Source: Lama glama
Taxonomy: Eukaryota
Length of the DNA: 64,000 nucleotides
Direction: 5' to 3'
Assembly: GCA_028534125.1 (NCBI GenBank)
Contig: CM052816.1
Location: 97,280,001 to 97,344,000 of the forward strand
Position 1 is the first letter of the stretch. Each line of letters opens with the position of its first letter. The translations under genes and the position numbers were made by a program. Below are positions 59,210-64,000 of this stretch, one piece after another. The notes under the pieces are model-generated. The model ran no database searches, was not told where the DNA came from, and saw only the letters and a list, made by a program, of their open reading frames with translations.

Positions 59210-59770
59210 AGTGATCTTTTAAAACGTTACAACTGATCAGACCACTCCTCCTCTGTTTATATCCCATCACTGGCTTTCTGTAACATGGAGAGAAAATTCA
59301 AAGCCCTCATCATGCCAATAAGGGTTCCTCACGGTCTGCTGGTGGACACCTCCCATCTCGTGTCTCACCGGTTCCCTTCATCCCAGGTTCATGGTCCCTG
59401 CAGACTGGCCTTCCTGATTTTCCTTCAGCAACCTCAGGGCCTTTGCACTTTCTGCTCTGCTGCCCCAAATGGCTTGGGTTCCTTGGCCGGCGTCTTTCTG
59501 TCATCCAGGCCTTGCAACTCAAGCACCACCTCCCAGAGAGAGCCCCACTAAGCCCCCACTCCCCCTGCAGCTCCCCACTCTGCTTAAGTCTCCACATCGT
59601 TATTGGAGTTAGAATGTTTGTTTTTAGATTTTTCTAAATTTTACTTTCTGTCTTTCCCCATACAAATGCAGGCCGTGAGGAGACGAGGACCTTGTACGGA
59701 CCTGAGTATAGTATAGTACCTGGCACATAAAGGCCTCCACAAATACGTGCTGAAGGACGGAAGGAACGGG
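59210..59770 (+). mobile_element. L2 (L2a/b) 3' portion
   Basis: gtgatcttttaaaacg...aaaattcaaagccctca...cctcagggcctttgcact...gtacctggcacataaaggcctccacaaatacgtgctgaa. Confidence 0.75.
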
Positions 59771-60269
59771 ACACTCAGGTGCGATTCCGCAGGGAAGTTA
59801 CAACCAGGGAAGCCAGGGAAGCTGATGGACCCAAGGCACGTGCTCGGTGACGGGTAACTGGCGGGTGTGACCGGGGCGCTGCAGACTTGCGTTAACTCCC
59901 AGCGCCCTCTGCAGCATGAGGGGCCACACTCACTTCCATCCCAGCTCATCTCAACCTCTCATCAGTAACAAGGATAACTGAGAGGTAGACACGTTCATCG
60001 TTAAAGACCCTGTTTGAGAGCTAGTGATGAAAGCTAAACCAGCTTGGTGGAGTCCGCTGTGTGCTCTGTGCGTCTGCTCACCCGTAACTGTCAGGTGACT
60101 CCTGCCTGGGTGTACGCGCTGTCTTCCCGCTTCTCCCCAGTCCGCCACTTGTCCTGGCTGACTGTCCTCCAGGGTGTGGGAGGTACAGCGCCCCTCAGCA
60201 CTTGTTACGCTCTGGACCGGTAACAATCCTGAACTGTCTCTTGCTCTGTGAAGCTCAGGTCCTCGCCCC

Positions 60270-60432
60270 ACCAAGTACGGGGCTTATACCTGAACTCAGC
60301 CTCACCTGGGAGCCTGTTAGACACGTGTGCTCTTGGGCCCCACCCAGAGTTTACTGAATCCGACTTTGTATTCTAACATCACCTGTTCCCAGGTGACGTG
60401 CCTGCGACCCACATGGATCTGATGGGCTCTGG
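60270..60432 (+). mobile_element. MER5A-like hAT MITE
   Basis: tcacctgggagcctgttagacacgtgtgctcttgggccccacccagagtttactgaatccgac...ttctaaca...cccaggtga. Confidence 0.7.
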
Positions 60433-61609
60433 AAGGCGGAGCTCCGTGGTCAGCATCACTCTCACTTTGGCGGCAGTGACTCCAAAGTTTCCAGGAGGCC
60501 AACCAGGTGGATACAGGGGACAAGGGAGACGTACTCCCCTCTGCCACACAGTTCTAACCCAGGTCTGCGCTACACAGACAGAGTTAGCCAACAAGTCAGT
60601 GAATTGGGAAGAATAATTACTCATCATTGACTTGGTTATTAGATCTTGTATCTTGAGGCCTCCAGACCAATTTGATTTTAAAATTAAGACCAATTTAAAA
60701 AATGACTGATTTCCAGCTTTATTTCTACTAAATATGAAGCAAAAAGGACCAGACCAGCAATTACTGACAGTATGTGACGTCTAGGCCGTTTGACACACTT
60801 CCCTCCCTGCGGTCACTGCCCCATCTGCTGCTTCCATTTTCCGATGGAGGCACTTGTTTCAGAAGGAACTGACCTGTCCATTTAAGCCACCTCTCACTGA
60901 GTGTCTCTCACTCAATTCTGAACAGTTCACGTAGAACCCCGTCTTTCTCCCTAAGAAATATATACTTAGAAATTCTTGGAAATAAACTCTATACTATTCC
61001 AAAACATCCTTAATGACCAAAATTCAGGATAAAAACTCAGGGACACCTTAAAGACTCAAGGATAGAAAAGACTGTCTATTTCTTCTAAGGATATTTTTGG
61101 CCAAGAGTATTTTCTGAATATCAACTCTATCTTTATGGAATATGAAAACATTCCTTTAAATGTTGTATTATTAAGGAAAAGAATACATATTATGTTCTTT
61201 GATGGAAAGTCTGTGCTCCAAAAGAGTAATGATGAAATCATGAATCACTGGGTCGCTGTCCTGAAAATGTTATTCAGAGTTAGAGAGATTGATGATGGAC
61301 CCAGAGGTAAAACAATAACTTTCACTGTGCTTTTTAAATTTAAAATAGGTGGGAGGTATATCATAAATTTTAAAAAGCTTGAAAAAAGAGAATAGGAGGA
61401 TGTAAAGAGAAAAAACCTGATATCCTAGGAGAACAAAGGCGGCCTCCCATCTTCCCCCGCCCTCTGTCTGTCCAAACCCTCAGCCCCCACTTTGAGCCGG
61501 CAATGACTGATGTGGTCTCCTGGTTTCCTTCCCTAGTCCCTTCTCTCCATCCTGTTTCCCTGTTTGGTCCTGGGTATCCATCTACCTCTCTGTGTCATCT
61601 TCCTCTCTC

Positions 61610-61705
61610 CATCATCCATGCATTCATTTATCCACCAGTATTTAACTCTACAATATACAAGGCATTTTGTTAGCTATCATGGATAATATGAGGTCCCTAT
61701 TAAGA
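61610..61705 (-). mobile_element. L2 3'-end fragment
   Basis: catgcattcatttatccaccagtattta...caaggcattttgttag. Confidence 0.5.
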
Positions 61706-62077
61706 CAACTGAAATCCCTTGGCATGAAGGTCAATTTCCAAACTTGTCCATTTGTTTCCTGTATCTCCTCTTCCTCCTTATACCCATAGAAAGAGAGTAG
61801 GGTCTCTCTGCAAGTCTGATTTGTTTAGAGTTAAATATCCGTCAACCTTCCACCAGTAATTAGCAAACTACTATGTCTGAACATGAGCCACCATCCTCTC
61901 TGTTAAAAAAGCATTTCAACTGTGTTCCTTGGGACTAAAAAAAATAGTACAGTGTCCCCACATTATACTCCCATTTCCCAAGGTACCTCTTCAGATTTCT
62001 AAAGATTTGTTTTGGATAAAAATGAGAAGATAGGCCTCCTGGAACCTTCCTCAGGCACAGTTTTTTCATGTAGAGGA

Positions 62078-62568
62078 TGTGGTGGGATAAAATAACTGCC
62101 CACAATTTTCTTCTCTCCTGACCCTTGCCATGGAAGTCAGCAGTTGGGGCATTCATTCCTCCTCCACTGACTCTGGACTTGGTTCTGAGACTTTCTTTGA
62201 GTAACAGGTTTGGGGCTGAAGTGACAGCATGCAGCCCAGAACTGTGGCTTTAGGAGACCTCAATTCACATTTCTGCCTGCCCTCTTGGAGTTTTGGTCTT
62301 CCACAATGAGGAGGCCACGGTCCAGAAAGAGACATCTCTTTCAATGAGGTCTGGACTAAAGACACATGGAGCAGATCTGGACCTAACACGAAGTCTGGAA
62401 TATACGCTACCTGTTGAGCCTAAGTAGGACTAACAGAGATCAGATAAATTCATCCAACCTGCAGACTAGTGAGTATGAAGGAAGGGATATGCTATTACTG
62501 CTCCAAGGCACTTGGATTTGGGGTTGCTTGTTATTCAGCATTATCAAAGCAGAAATCTGACTAATACA
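62078..62568 (+). mobile_element. Old MaLR LTR (MLT1H-like)
   Basis: tgtggtgggataaaat...ctcctccactgactctggacttgg...agacacatggagcagatctggacc...ccaacctgcagactagtgag...ggttgcttgttattcagcattat...ctgactaataca. Confidence 0.75.
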
Positions 62569-62909
62569 GCAATTGAGATCAGAAGTGATGTGCAACTCTA
62601 ATGAACTTAAAAAATAGGTCGTTGCCTTTGGGATTCCCAAGGAATTATTATAAAGCACTTAGAAAAGTTTAACCTATTGGCAAAATAATTAGTAAGCATG
62701 GCTTCAAAGAAAGTCATTTACCAAAATGTCCAGGCTTCATAAGGTCTTTGAATTGCACGATTAAGTCTTTAGAAACAAGAGAAAAAAGAACTGAGAAAAA
62801 GTGGAATGTTCCCAGAAATATCTCAGTGTAAAGAAAGAATGTCATCCAACCTAAAATTTACATTTCTGTCTATCTCAAAATATAAATGGGATTTACTGAC
62901 AAGTATTTT

Positions 62910-63030
62910 CTGATTTTACCATTGGGAAAACCAAGGTGCTGAGGGGGTTAAGAATTTTGTCCAAAGTCACAAAGCAGCATAAAAACAAGCTGTGATCTTC
63001 TGCTGCAGCTAAAACGTTATTCTACCCTCA
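62910..63030 (-). mobile_element. MIR fragment
   Basis: attttaccattgggaaaaccaaggtgctgagggggttaagaattttgtccaaagtcacaaagc. Confidence 0.65.
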
Positions 63031-64000
63031 TCCCTGCAGGTTAACAGAGCAACACAGGGTGAGTGTTCAGGGTATGCATTTATTCAAAATAAAAAGAACC
63101 TTGAGAATCCATCTGCTCTACCAAAACAGATTGTTCCAACACTGAGAAGTCTTTTTTCCTTAAAAATTATTTTTCTCATCAAATGCAAAGGAAGAAAATA
63201 GCAAGCTCATCTGGAAGCAATCAGGCAAAGTGATATTTATTAGAAATTGTCTACTTACTTTTTCGAGTTACATGATTAGGAAAAAATAATGTGCTCTTTG
63301 ATAATTTTTTAAATCATTTATTTCAGGAGGTGGTAAACAGTGTTCTACTGTCTGAACTTCGATTTTTTTTCACAAAAATGACTCCGTGAACATTTTCATC
63401 TCTCCATGGCCCCCTCTCTGCATGTGCCAGAATGGTCCACGAGCCCACCCTCCCATCCTTCCAATGTAGCAAGTGGATTTCGGACAGTCAAAACCAACCT
63501 GCCACAAATGTAACCTTTCCTACTGCAATTACATCAACCTCACCTTCATTAACTTGCAGATTTAAACGACGACATATACTGCCGGTAAGTTAGCATGGAT
63601 TATGAGGTCACGTATTCAAGGACAGTTGCAGCCTTGGATGGCCAGTGTTATAAAGCAGACAACGGCGCACCTCTGCGCTCAGCAATCTCAGGGATTACTT
63701 GAAAAAAGAACAGCAGGACAACGCCATCAGCAGAATTCGTCGATCAAAGGGTGCACCGCCTCCTTTTCAACCAGTTGTTTGGGCAAAAGTAACCACAGTC
63801 TTCATTTGCTTCTCTTCCTCCTATTCAAACGCCAGCTGTTTCATTCTACCTTTACCTCCACCCCTTAAAAAACTGGGATAAGGTCTTCCGTTTGTGTTCC
63901 CAGTTTATGACAACATAGAATCTTGCACACACGTGTATTTTGTGTATTAAATCATTGGTTTTTGTATAGAAACACCTAAAAACGTTCTGTCATACGTTAT

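Larger units (their letters stand above)
52817..64000 (-). other. ADCY2: ADCY2 intron upstream of the exon
   Basis: No sequence for the preceding exon (...GTVSPWDQ) was seen; repeat-rich noncoding DNA. Confidence 0.75.

Noticed and set aside
1..64000. A novel multi-gene system, operon or CRISPR-like array
   Set aside because: The sequence is mammalian intron. There are no regularly spaced repeat-spacer units, no long ORFs and no gene cluster; the recurrent sequences are ordinary SINE/LINE/LTR copies.

Overview
Mammalian, almost entirely intronic DNA, most likely from a camelid: it carries three tRNA-derived Vic-1-type SINEs and camelid-type L1 3' tails. The only coding sequence I can support is one 162-nt internal exon of adenylate cyclase 2 (ADCY2) on the minus strand at 52655-52816. 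It reads VSFFLFIIFVVYTMLPFNMRDAIIASVLTSSSHTIVLSVCLSAAPGAKEHLIWQ, has canonical AG/GT boundaries, and most likely corresponds to human exon 3. The rest is flanking intron filled with L1, L2, MIR, MaLR/ERVL/ERV1 solo LTRs, hAT MITEs (MER58, MER20, MER5), microsatellites and two 500-N scaffold gaps. I found no credible undescribed gene system. The best second-look signals are: short bursts of A/T-to-G/C change inside old repeats plus scattered CpG islets (possible GC-biased gene conversion scars); a twin-primed inverted L1 insertion; an ERV1 solo LTR with a nested L1 tail; and compact G-quadruplex/GC-box motifs. Repeat family names come from my recollection of consensus sequences, not from a search, and boundaries of old elements are approximate.
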